A stretch of DNA of 64,000 nucleotides, from contig NMRA01000007.1 in NCBI GenBank assembly GCA_002633005.1, positions 1,130,362 through 1,194,361 of the forward strand. The letters run 5' to 3'. Source of the DNA: Phoronis australis. Lineage: Eukaryota; Animalia; Phoronida. Positions 40,001-54,300 of the stretch are shown here, one piece after another. The notes under the pieces are model-generated. The model searched no databases, was not told the DNA's origin, and saw nothing but the letters and a program-made list of their open reading frames with translations. The first letter of the stretch is position 1, and each line of letters opens with the position of its first letter. The position numbers and the translations under genes were made by a program.

Positions 40001-42293
40001 CTTTAATCTTCATGCATATTGGACAACTGGTTCTAATGGTCCTATGCGTATATCCACACAGCTAGGTCAACACGATGCTGGAAATCTACTCGGTGAGCGC
40101 AACTAGAACACGAAAGGTGTAAAATTAATGACAGAACAACTTAGCATGCCTTCATGCTTGTGAGCCTAACAGAAACTACTCAGCAATGGGAGATCTAAGA
40201 TGCTGTGAGGTTGGGCAAGGGCCACCCACAATTTTTGAACGAGACATGTCTGTATAAAACCTAAAAAGGGATTTTTGGCGGTGTCCGTAGGGACAGGCTT
40301 GGAACCCCTGGGCCCCTGGAACTCCGCCTATGTTCAGTACATCACCACCACGAAGCAGTCAAAAGGCTACGAAAGGAATAGAATTCTGACACAAAATTGA
40401 ATGTGGAGATTGACACTTTCACAGAAAAGGCAATACTCAATAACAGGGGTCCTGGATTTTGAGAACCAGTTTGATCCTTGTTACTAAGTAGACAAAACTG
40501 GTTCTCCAAATGCAGAATCCCTGTAAGTGACTGTTACCCCACAAAATCCTTAATAAATACTCTGTTCTGCACTATAATGAAAACAAAACGCAGTCAAAAC
40601 AGTATCTTGACAGGTACCTTAAATTATAACTGAGTATCCTATCCATATTCTTGTAGAATGGTCTTGACGTAAAATACCCACTCCAGTAATGATCCTCACG
40701 ATCGGCGTATGTGAAGAAATCTCCACTAAGAACAGGATATCCATTTGGCCGCTCACCCGGGTGACTCTTGGCTCTCTCGTGGAGGGCGTCGAAGTATTCG
40801 CTGAGTGTGGCAAACTTTGCCTCCACGTACCAGGTGGGCTGCTGGTTCATGTGATCGAACAGCATCTGGTAGTTAGAGAACTGTTGGTCCCACTCGACGG
40901 GTTTGTCATAGCGGAAGTCATCGCCAAGTATCACAAGGACAATGTTGTTCTGATACAGCTGAGCCTTTTTACGGTACTGATCCAGGAGTGTGCCTGCCCT
41001 GATATAGAAATCAACGTCATTATACATCGTGCAGGGCAAAAAGGCTTGCCACTGGGGTCTGTTTCATGAAAAGTGACTTGTAACTTACAGTCAGAAGTTC
41101 GAGTCTTATGCTCCACCAACTATTTCTAAAAAATTAATAATTCTCACTAGAGCAAAGGTGCAAAGTGTCTGAGAATAAACACGTAACTGCCAGTTACTGA
41201 GACAATTTCTATGAATTATTTCTAGACTTTGATGCCCTCATAATTACTTCTCTAAACCTTTTTCCAGCAACCATGAATTGGGAGCGTAAGACACACTTTC
41301 TGACTTCAGTCTCAAGTCACTATCATAAAACAGACCCCCGGACAAAGAAAACTTCAGTCAACTAAAATATCGCCGTCAATCACAAGACAGAACTTATCTC
41401 CCACAGGAACTTTTTTGTATAACACTCATATCCATGGAACTCATCAGGTTAACACTGGTTATCATCCTGAGATATAAAGTAAGGGTTCAGGATGGCAACA
41501 ATGGGGTTCATGCATATCAAAACTGGGTTCATGACCACCAAACTTTACTAACAACTCTATGGAAAAATTGACCAATCACGTGACGCGCTTTGAAAAAGCT
41601 GTCAACCAAATAAATTGTGTCCATCTCTTCCAGGCCCTTGATTGTAAAATTGATGTCAACCTCCATTTACCACACACAACTTCATAATCAATGTGCTTCA
41701 TTTTTACTTTATGGTTCGCAACAACTTACGGAACTTAGAAATGAACATTTTTAATAGATATAGTATCCACTTGCATTTATAATAGCAAACTTAAATCTTA
41801 ATAACTTAACCGTCTCATTAATATAGTATTTCTACGTTTTTGTGTTTATGTGTTTGTCTGCACATTTGTAATTAGATCGTTCAATATCACAATGTGTATT
41901 ACATTGTTATACCTTAGAAATTGTCTTTTGTAATTTTGATATCTGTAAGTAACTATCCTCTTCATATTGTATTTTGTTAATTTGCCTGCATTTAATGTTT
42001 TCGATTTGCAAGAAGTAATTGTATCACTTCTTGATACTATAAGACAAAATAAACAGTTAAAAAACTTTCAAATTTCATATGATGTTATTAGTTAATGTTT
42101 TAGTAGAATCAAGAGTAAAGGTTGCTGGTGGCATGGGTAGGCACTTTATTAATTTCATATGTTCACTTAATTACTGATGCGATGATTTACTGAGACAGAC
42201 TCTATAGACCTTATTCACGCAGTCGCCATTTAAGTAGTGAGCCTCTTTTCAGGTATGAAAATCAACTTGAGACATATATATATATATATATAC

Positions 42294-42324
<31 letters not shown>

Positions 42325-45300
42325 ACGAGGCATACGAAAAAATCATGCTTTGCACTGTGATTAGCACGCAATGCCATGTTTTTAAAACCTAAAAAGAGGT
42401 TCACATTTAAAATGGCGACTGCGTGAATAAGGTGTGTAGTTAGCACATAACTGACTCAGTAACTATCGACTCTGCAACTGACTTCAACCACGTTGTGTTC
42501 GTGTTTCAATGTTCTGGAAGTTTTCACCAGTTCAAGGACATTCCAGATATTTCTGGAATCAACCCAATGATTCTACAAATATGTTCTAAAAAGTTACAGA
42601 TCACAGTTCTACATCAGTTCCCAATAAGCTAGACTCTTCTAGAATGCTCTCAATACATAATGACCGGACTGACCTTAAATGGGTCTATGAATAAATGCTA
42701 GTAAACATGCAAAAACAAAGCTGAAGGTTATGTAGGACCTTTGAAAAATGTCTAATTTTCGCTGACTTCGATACATCATATCTCATAAATGGCTGTCAGA
42801 TTGGATTCATAAGGAACTCTAAGATACCGTGCTTTATGCACTGTTCTCAAAAAAGCTGTTATGAATTGTTTTAAAATTGTCCATCTTTTGCATGAAGGTA
42901 TATCAAAAAATGGGAGTCCTAAGATTTTTATGAAAAAATGAAAAGTTGCATATTAAAATGAAAATCAAATGATAACTTAGAAACCTGTAACATCGTTTCT
43001 GAGATTTCACCTGAACATGTATAACAAAGGAAAGTGGTTCATGTTATTGGAGCCATTGTCTCGTCATGGCTGTACCTTTCAATGGTAGATTGGTATAAAA
43101 TCAAAAATCAAATTTTACAGGCTTTTCGCGAACAAGAAACATAATTTTCTTGAGTCGAATTCTACAGTTTTATAGATAATGGCTTCTGGACATGTCAATA
43201 AAATCATATATAACCTTAAAATGGCTTCCCAACACTCCCAAAGGAAGTGTTTTCTTTGATCACACAACGTTTTGTATTACTTCAGTGCCCTAGAGTTCAA
43301 TCTTAGCAGTGGTCGCAGTTCCATGTACACTGCAAACTGAGCACTACAAAAAAGACCTGGCTTCAATATCAACTTACTTCTCAGCCACGTTAGCCTGCGT
43401 TATTGGTACGGGGTTGATTTTCCAGGGACAGGTGATTTTTCCACCGGGGAGACGCTTGAAGTCAAACTGACAGCAGATCTTAGGATCAGGACCACAGGTG
43501 TGCGGTACATCGTAGCTGTAGAAAGGCATCATGTGACATAAGATGTCTGTTGAGCCCGAGGAGTCTGCATGGAAAACGATAACTTTACATCAATAATTCT
43601 CCTCTTATTATGCACAAAACAAATTAACTGCAGTGTATTTTTCTGATAACAAGGGTGTTTAAAATAAACTGAATACACAAACTTCATGGTAGAAGCATGT
43701 GAAAATTTAACTGAGAAACCAAGCATGGCCAACTGCCCATGTGTGACGAGTTGTTAAGGTGATCCAGTTAACTGTAATTAAGTTTATTCTTTATGTAAAA
43801 CTGGTGTGGAAATGGGTATCACAAACATTTCAAAGTCGGGTCAGCACGCCACCTGTGGCCACATCACTGATAACTTACTATTATAGTATTCCAATTAATT
43901 CACTACATTGTTGGTCAAACGCCCTATTAAGCAATGCCACTGGGTCACGGGACACTCATGTTTGCAACAAAATAAGATATCTCATATGAAGGGATGAATG
44001 ACGTAGTGAATATACAGAGTTCAGACCTAATAAACATGAGTCAGTTCAAAACGTGACTGTGTATTAGTAAGATTAACAACACGGCTTTCCCTGGCAAAAC
44101 TGACCACGTGTGAATTAGGTGATGCAAGAAATTCCGGCCACGTAGCCTCGTGCAAAAAGTGAGGGACAAAACTATTTTTCCAAATTACTTTGGGTGTGCG
44201 AAATGAGGTGAGTGTGCTGAATTAGTGGAGATTTACGGTACTTTCACAAAGAATTGAATCATGCAACAAAACGCTGATGACAGATGTAGCCTGAAATCTA
44301 AACCCCTGGAACTACCCTTAGGGTAAAATTCAGTGCACAAAGCACACAATCAATGGCATCTACAATGACCCTGTAATGAAATTTTGTCTTTACTACAGTC
44401 ATTTGCATAATGCTTAAATGCCTGATTGCTTTACAATGATACCAGTGAGGAGAGGGTGACAATATCAGATTTTGCATTTTGCTTAAGTACCAACTATTGG
44501 TAGTCAAAATTAAATTGGCTGAAGCCCTGTTGCAAAAGTTTCCACAGAGCTCGAAGCTTTTCTTATAGCACTTCAGTGAAATTTTGAAACCAATATTTCA
44601 TTAAAAGAAAACCTAATACTTCTCATGTCATTTTTAAATGAGCTCCTAACCTAAAGAGCTTGCTTGTTCTTAGTAAGAACTGAAAAATATCCGAAGAAAT
44701 AAATCATGGGCATCAACGAGGACTCAACGATTAGTTTTTTCCGAGTGAAACTCACGGCAAAAACAATATCCTGTGTTGCTTGTGTCCTAGTATATGTCAC
44801 TATTATAATCTACACACATTTAATTGGAATGGTTAATTATTTATAAAACACTTATTGTGCTCGTTTTGCCATCATGTTTGAATTATTTATGGCCTTTCAC
44901 TAGAAATCACACAAATGTCATATACTTAAAACGCAATACAGAGCTATGACCACAGTTTAACTGGTTTATCTTGTCAATTTGTTCAACAAAATACGTTGCT
45001 GCCACTCTGTCTCCGACCACCTGACAACTATGCATAACTTGCAGAGAGCACAATCAGTGGAGTTTCTGGTGGATAAAGAAATTCAAAGCGGTATGTCCAA
45101 GGCAAAAACTCCAGATGCCGAAACAAAATGAACTGAATACACAGATTTCTTGGCAGAAGGATGCGCAAAGTTAACCGAGTAACCAAGCATGTCCAATTGC
45201 TTGTGTGTGACTTTAATGAAACGCGGGCTATGGGTTGCCAACGTGATTCAGTTACCTGTAATTAAGTTACTTTTCTATGTAATCTTAAACTGGTGTGGAA

Positions 45301-48300
45301 ATGGGTATCGCAAACAGTAAGTCATAGCACGTCACCTGTGGCCATGGCAAAAACTCTGAATGCCAAACAATGCAAATATGGCATATTTCTTTCCAAAATC
45401 ATTAATTCATAACTGCCCCAGTTACGGAGCTCTCAAAAACTAGACTTCAAACATTTCGCATAAAATATGTCACATTATCAACAAGATTTTTTTCCAGTGT
45501 TCACTCGTCTGAAGAGTACCTATGACTGCAGCTGCAGCAAAAATTTCAGCAAGAACAAGGAAGTGCTTTCAAAATGTTGGGACATCCAGCTCTGGGTAAA
45601 ACAGAGCAGAAGTCTGACGGGTGGAATTTTTAACAACCACTCCCCATTTGGTCCACATAATTTCCATCAAACCTGGCCCATCCCAGTTTTTTATTTTTGG
45701 GAGAGTTACACAAGCTTGAACCATGGCTTTAGATTTACAAATTCAAGCATGCATCACACATAAGCTCTATAATTCCATTGGTGACAATGAACAATTTTAG
45801 CATTAAATACTACATGTTTCAACAATTTTAGATGCTTGGTCTTCAAATTGGAAAAAGAAAATAGTAATCTGCATATACTCTAACTTAAGACTATAGAAAT
45901 GATATGGCGGTGGCATACACTGACCAATTACAGTTGGCAGAAATAAAAATAGCTTCATATGCCAAGCCACTATGGGTTCCAATGAGTGGCAACTTTCTGC
46001 TCTTCTGCACACAAGCACAGTAGCCACATCCCGAAATGCTACAGCGACCTCTCTGATTCTGTGGGATTTATTTGCAGTGCAGCGCAACGGTAGGACCCAA
46101 TGCTGCCAATCTATTCACTATTTTTACATCAAAACTGGATCTCCATTCTGTATTCTGATACCAATAAACTCATACTGTTGCATGGTGACTTGCAATACTG
46201 ACATAAAAAGGTGAGTGGGGTGTTCTGTCAGAATCAGCTCAGAAGTAAGCTCGCCGCTTCGCCTATTTGGAAACTAGGTCAATCATACTGTGACTTTTTC
46301 TACATCAGCAAAAGCAAGAATTGAAAAAACCTTTTTCCTAATGTCCACAAACTCCCTGCATTACTGCAAACATTCAAAAAATTACAACTTGTAGATCGAT
46401 TGAACACTGCTATACAGTAGAAACAAAGCCAAGAATGTTAGCATTGGATTTTAATAGCTTTCATTGGTCAAACTTTTATATTTTTTGTCATATGGTGAAA
46501 GATGGAAAATTACAATGTATAATTTTCTAGTATGTATAAAATGCTTATTTGCATTATTTACCAACTTTGGTTGAATTTGTTACGTTTGCCATCACACCAG
46601 TCTAAACCAAGGTGCTGTCTTTTCAAGTGACCTCTACGGCCATGCACTGCACACCAGGTACTCTCAGGGCATTTTAAACTTTCGACAACCCCTGTTGGGC
46701 ATCTTTACTGCAAATCGATCCAACCATGACCCACTATAAATCATGCAGTAATTTTAAATTCTAAAGCTAACACTTATCATAATAAACTGACAAGAGAATG
46801 CCTAAATGACTGAATAACAACAAAATGAAGTCATAGCTTTTCTATTCTACACGGCAAGCAATCAATTAGGTAGCTACTCCACGGGGTATGAAGACACCTG
46901 CTTGCCTTTGAGAGAAACACATTAATAGCATTCAAGGCTATTAAGATTATGATTTGAATATAGTATCAAGATTGCACCCTGCCAGTACCCAGTGTGTGGA
47001 AAGAAATATCAGTGATGCAAGGTGTTTTTCAGAAATCTCTCCGGAGAGCCAGATACTAAACTTTGTACTCGAAATCGAAACTAGTTTTGGCAATTTGAGT
47101 TCTACTGTTTGCAAACCCAAAATTAGTCTGTACTCGAGTACATTATGGTTTGTATATATGAGTCTCTAGTCCAGGTTCGCACTTGACGACCCCTATATTG
47201 GAACTACAAACTCGAGTAAAAACTCACGATTTCGAGTAAAAACTCAAAAATTCTAGTTCAGACGCGAACTTTTAACCTGATGCTGGGATCATCAAGTTTA
47301 AACTAAGAACAGACAGTTACCCGCGTAAGCCATTATGTACTCGAGCATAGACACATAGATGCTTATCTTGAGTTGACAGAAAAGTAGAATAGAAAATGAC
47401 ACAATTTTGACTTTGATTTCGATTATAAAGATTATAGACTCTGGCCCAGAATAAAGTGAAAAACTGATCCTTGGGACAACCCAAAATCTAGCAGTGACTT
47501 TTAAGAAGTCAGTCATTAAATCACTACCGATACTAAATGAAGGCAACAAAAGTCCATTGTGTATTTACCACCTACCCCAGTTTTGTCTCCACATAAACTC
47601 AAGGTTCTTTGACTTAGACAAGTGTTTCTTGACCGAGTAGTGTATTCTCTGAATGAGCATGTTCTTGAAGCCAGCTCTCTTCAGTATGTAAGCCATTGTG
47701 GGAGAATGCCCAAAGGGGTCGATGGCCCAGCCACTCCGCGGCTTCAGGCCTACAACACAAATCGACCACAGTTTGTGATATCATTTAAACAACACTGTCA
47801 AGCTAGATTTCAAATCAGTTTTACCTCACTGAGATGAAGAATAAAAAAAATGTTTGCCCTCATCAATTTCAGCCAGGTCTTGGGTATTTTTTGGTGGAAA
47901 ATCTATGCAAAAGCACGTAAGCAAGGTTTGAAATGCAATGATTTGCCAAGCAATGGATAAAAAAACAAGTCCCACATAATTTGTGCTGGTTTCAGGACCA
48001 GAGTTATGGAGGGAGTAAGTCTGACAGTGGATGGCTACAGGAGAACACTTCATGGGTCGCATTTTAGAGTAAATTACATCATTTTTTGGCCATACTAAGA
48101 TAGATAGATTTTAGAGTTATATACTGAAATGAGGAGCTTGGGTGTTGATGAGTGTGGCTTCTTCACAATTCAACTGTCTACTTTTTGACCCCATGGAGGC
48201 AGTCCCCCATGTTAGAGGGAGATGGGAGGGGGATCTGAACACTCTTGGACCCCCGTCTGCATCCATGCCTGTATTGCAATACCACACAGCAATGAAAAGC

Positions 48301-51300
48301 ACTTTTTGTTAAATCACTCCTATTTATTGATTATTCCAACTGTTAGCTATTTACCAAGTTCATTGAACATGTACTCATTTCCCTCAATCATCTGGTCAAT
48401 CATGTCAAAGTAGTGAGCGTTGGCTTCATCAGTCATCACCCAGCCTGAAGTGACCAGTTCCAATTGCTTATTTGTCAACAATCTGCAAAAAAATGGCGTC
48501 AATGTATGTCAGGGCTTGATTTGGCAACCTGCAAGATACTGATGCGACATCCAAGCACACATTCAAAACACTGCAAGAAGTAAACAGACAGAAGTAAGAA
48601 CCATACCGGATAAGTCTGAAAGGCCCGACTGCATTTGTCTGTTTCAAGAGTTCAGCCTGTGCACGGGATATAGGAGAAATGGAAACACGCAAGACACCTA
48701 CAGTTTTCTGTTTGAGCAAGAAAAAAGCCAACCGGGCATTCTCATGTATACCGGTGAACATTTCTTGAGTTTGCCAGATTTTCACTTCAGGTATTGCCAA
48801 CAAGGTTTGCCAACCTCACTTCCTGTTTGGTGACCTGGGAATTTTGCCAGGTCGCATTTGGCAAGTAAACGTTATGCTAAGCAACAAGCCCTGAACGTGA
48901 AAGCTGAAAGCATGATATTCACTTGGTGTCCTCAGGAACTCTTGGTGTCCTCTTTATGTTACGTTTGAATAAACAGGGAACAGAAACCTGATCACCAATA
49001 ACAGGCTATGGATGTTACAAGTGTCATTCAGCACAGATCATAAATTTTTGTCTGACAGGTCGGCAACGAGTCCGCAATTGGATGAGCAATGGTCTGCTAG
49101 GTGTCCTTAGGTCGGTCACCACAGCGCTTGTCATCATGGTCGGAAATCATCACTACACGCTAAAGCACATGCAATAAGGCAACATTATATTATTGCAGTC
49201 GAATTGATGGGAATAAAAAATAAAATGGATGTGATACGACAACAGGTATGTTTTTAAAGGGAATATTCAAGAGCCTGCAGTCGGGTGTCATTCAAGAGCC
49301 TGCAGTCGGGTGTCATTCAAGAGCCTGCAGTCGGGTGTCCTGCTTGCAGTCGGTCTGCAAAAATTAGGCACCCAGTTAATTTTCGACCAGTCAACAACTA
49401 AGGCTAACACATTTCCAACCAGTCTGACAAAAAATTTGTGACCTACACTGTACGAGAATACTTGAATGTAATATTTCTAAAGGAGAACCAATGTTTCACA
49501 AGTGCCACCCATTCAATTTCCATATCACCAACACCTGATGCTACACAAAATCCAAACATCAACAGCTGTGTTCCAGGGCCACAAACAAACACATTTGCAC
49601 ATGCTTCTTTATACTTTACATACTTCATCACTCTTTCTCGTTTGGAGGCATCAATCTCACTCCACCACAACCAAAAGTACGACATCTCTGCCCAGATGAA
49701 CCGACGACGAGAATCGACCTCCAGCTTGTCCACCATATTGTTGAGAATGTGTCGAGTTTGGTCTCGGTAGTACGTATCAAAGGTTTTGATCCAGCCTATG
49801 GAGAGATTAAAAATCAATAGCAAAATGGCGGATGTCAAATCATTGGATAAAATAAAGTACAAGACTATGAATATGTTAATCTCAATATCGTACACGTAGT
49901 CCACACCCATCAACTTGGACACTCCATTTTTTTCATTTATCATTAACTTAAACACATTATGCTCTCACTGACCATTAACTTAGACACATTATTCTCTCTC
50001 ACTGATCATCAAGTTAGACACATTACTCTCTCTCACTGGTCATTAATGTAACTTAGACACATCATTCTCTCTTACTGATCATTAACTTTAAAAACATCAT
50101 TCTCTCTTACTGATCATTAACTTTAACACATCATTCTCTCATTGATTATTAACTTAAACACATCATTCTCTCATTGATTATTAACTTAGACACAATCATT
50201 CTCTCTCACTGACCATTAGCTCAGACACAACCATTCTCTCTCACTGATCATCAAGTTAGACACATTACTCTCTCTCACTGATCATTAATGTAACTTAGAC
50301 ACATCATTCTCTCTTACTGATCATTAACTTTAACACATCATTCTCTCATTGATTATTAACTTAAACACATCATTCTCTCATTGATTATTAACTTAGACAC
50401 AATCATTCTCTCTCACTGACCATTAGCTCAGACACAACCATTCTTGCTCACTGATCATCAAGTTAGACACATTACTCTCTCTCACTGATCATTAACTGAG
50501 ACACTTCATTCTCTCTCATTGACCATTAACTTAAAGACACATTATTCTCTCTCATTGATCATTAACTTAGAAAACATTTTCTCACACTGATCATTAAGTT
50601 TGACACATTATTCTTTCACATTGATCAAAACAATCGCACTATTGTCTACCTGCAAATACTGACATTTTGTTGAAAACACGACTAAACTTTTTGTTTGAAA
50701 GCTTAATACAGAGTCGCTCGTAGTATCAAAACAATCTCCTTTCTTCGGGTGTAGCAAAACACCGAGAGACATAACAAACAAACAAATTCAAACACTCGCT
50801 ATATTTCGAGACTGCATGTCTCATCATCAGGCAACAAGCGGAATGAACATATACGAAGCGAAAAAAACAGTGAAATACACGTGACAGGTTTCCAACGAAG
50901 TTTGTGTTAAAGAAGGGCTATCGAACAATACTGACATTTGTGGACTTTTTTGCAAATTGACATCAGAAATGGCACTGCTAGCTTTTTAACATCCGTCCTT
51001 AAGACACTGTGGTCACCCGCCTTTGTGATATCCAGAATCAGCCAGACATGAATTGTATTAGTCATCTGGGACAGTGAGTTTAACCTGTATTTCAGAAATG
51101 CACCCGGAGATTTTAGCCAGGTTGTAAAAGACAAGGCATGAAATGACTGATCACAAAAACAAAAACGAGGAAAATTTTCCACGTGATGTATTGTTCCACA
51201 AATATAGGCTTGTGTGATATAAAAATCATTTGTACTGCAAAATTTAACTGAAATAAACATGTTTGCGTGAATAAAGTCAAAATAATGATAAAAAAGAAAC

Positions 51301-54300
51301 GAAAAAGAGGAAACTGGAAATCAAATAAGAGGAAATCGAAACTAAAAAAGAAGAAATCCGCTTAAGAGAGGAAACTTCCGAGCCCTGAAATGACGACCAA
51401 GAGATTTTCATAGTATTGAGGGATACATATGGTGAACATTAAAAACTCACCTGGATCATTGTGAGAGTGCGGAACAACGAACACCTTCAAGGGTGTTTTG
51501 GCGAACGACTGCACGTCATACGAGATGTCGTAGCCCTGTTTCCATACACCCCCATCCGGATTGTCGAAGGGCAAAATGTCAAACACGTCCATCATCTGAA
51601 ATTAACAAATCGGAATTTACACTTGTAGCAGACGTATAACCACACTTTGATGAATTATGAAAAAATGATTCAACCTAGAAAAATAACTAATATGTCAATT
51701 ATTAGGTATCATTGTCATGTTCTAATGTGTGCATCATTTTTGGCTATTCACCTTGTTTGACTCTAAAAAATGCAGGTGCGACAAATGTACAAAGAGAATT
51801 ATTTTTTTTTAAATTTAAAAGTTAACAGCAAATTTATGTGAATCGCTAGGAATAGCAATTTTTTGTTTTATATTATGATTTGTGAGAATGTAACTCAAGT
51901 AAACAACATCAAATAGTAAAACTGATATTATCACTAAAAAGTGAACATTGACCAGTCAGGTCACGGTAGAAAAAACGTCCGCTTCCGGTTTACGCACATG
52001 TCAACCTCAACTGACTAGCTCCCGGTGTTTTCCTAAAATGTTTCCATAAATACTGAGTGCACAACTTACCGAATTACTGAAAAATGCTGAACATTGTGTC
52101 AGGCAGTTCATGAAAGAAAAGTTGGGAATATCATCTGAGTTGGCTGATTCAATGCCAGTAGCTAACTGTCACAGACTGCAAAAGCTTCAGTTAGCCTAAT
52201 ACCGAAACCAAGAGCTTCAAGAATGAAGTTCTTTACCAAAGCTAACAGAATGAAAGTTCTCAAAACAGCATCTGTGCTCAGGGAACCAAGATTAGCCGTG
52301 AAAACTTCAGCGCCTATCAGTTGTTGACACTCCTACGGGAATTGCCTGACAAAGTTTTAGTTTGAGGTTTGAAAAACAAGAGATGAGCCTTGGAAAGAAC
52401 AGTCATGTTGAAAATGTTTTTAAACCAAACTTGATCACTAAAAACTTTATATTGCTGTGAGGTTGTTTTCTAGGAACATGATTCTTTCAGTAACCGAGTT
52501 AATCATTTATTAGACAACTGTGTTTAATTTGTAGGCCAATTTCTATACACGTGAGTTTTGCTCTTTTTTCCGATGGTTTTTCTCGACCGATTTTTAATAT
52601 ACACCAGGAAGATGCAGCCTGTTCTGCTGGTTGTTTGTATGCGGGCGTAGGACGTCCTACTGAGCAGCTCAGCAGGAGCTTGCAGTACACAGCAGTTGTT
52701 AGTTTTTCTGAACAATTCCTCTGCCCATGGTCACATTGTTGTGTGTGTTTAAGTGTGAACCAGTGTGTGAATAAAACTGCATTCTTTACAATCAGTCTTG
52801 GTATTGTACAGCACAGGGACAGGGACCCTGCTGTGATGCGGGTCACTGACCTTGCTGCTGTTTAGAATGCTCTCACCACCTTATCAAAGGTAACAATTAT
52901 GTCAATGAATTGTAGAGGATTGACCTCCCTTGAAAAACGAAAGGATGTTTTTGATAAATTGAGGATTAAAAATACAACATCTATTGCCAGCAAAGTACCC
53001 ATTTCTCATCACAAATGATTAATATGAAAAAAGTCAATGGAGATTTGAATGCTATACCTCCCCCAGATCCAGTATTTAAGCCTACAATAATAATTGATAG
53101 CAAGACAAATGTAACAACATAACGTCCAAATTCCACTGGATATAAATGTTCAAGATGAAATCCCCAAAAAGCTGTTAGAGTTTTGTAAATTATCATTTTG
53201 TTCTAGTTTTAAGCAATTTTTGATTTTTTAATGAAAATTAAAAGACCTAATTTTGATATCCTCCCTTGTAAAAACTGAACACTTTAAAAACAATTCCTAG
53301 AGCAAAGTATCGAGCACAGAATCTGAAACTGTCATATTAATCCGATCTGCCACATGTGAGATTCTATGATCTGAAGTCCGCCAACTTTGGACATTTTTCC
53401 AGGGTCCTACATAATCTTAATAACAGCGTTATGATGGCTGTGATGGATGCCAGTGACGGACGTCTGTGACGGACCCCTGTGACGGACATTTGTGACAGAT
53501 GTCTGTGACAGATGTATAAATTTTAAGTATGTCCCACACATTTTCTGAAGTTCCAAATTATCCTTTAAGTCAAATATTTTGGCTAACAGCATGAAACAAC
53601 AAGTTAAAAGACAATTGGAAAGTATTGTGATTTTGATGAAAAAACGTTTTAGCACTTTTTTGTGATGGAGTTACAGTACCATATCCAGAAACTGACCTTT
53701 GAACTTGAAAGGTCCCTGATATTTGACAAGTCAAGTGATATTTAATATACCTCAGGCTTAATGTGATTGTGCAAAATTATTAAGATAATAGAATTTCATT
53801 TATTTACTTGTTAATTACAAAAATTCAAGACATAATGCACAATCACGATAATTTGAGTTGAATGATCCCTATAAATGCGTTCAAGTAACAAAAGAATAAG
53901 AAAGTTGCAGAAAATTAAAATATAGTTCTTGACACTACTAGTAGACAAGTTGGCCTTTCAGATGACACCAAAATCATTGAGAAAGCTGCAATTTTCATTC
54001 TTTGTCTGTGCGTTGACCTTTTCAGGGAATAGCCCAAATGACAACTTTTAATGTCTGTTCTAAATCTTCGCAAAATGTTTAGCATTTGTTTGCCATTCGT
54101 TGGCTACAGAGTCCAGAAGATGGATGTTTGACAATTCAACAAGTTACACAATCACAGCACATGTATACAAAACTTACTTTAGCACATTACTTGTCTCATT
54201 TGGCAACTTGTATTTCAATCCACAGAGAGAGTTCAAAATGATAAATGTTAAAAACGACAGTTATGTATTTCCAGACAAAGTGTTATGGAATTATTGATGA

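Noticed and set aside
45467-46087. Mutually exclusive alternative to MAN2A exon 7
   Set aside because: No frame resembles the [16 protein letters not shown] block.
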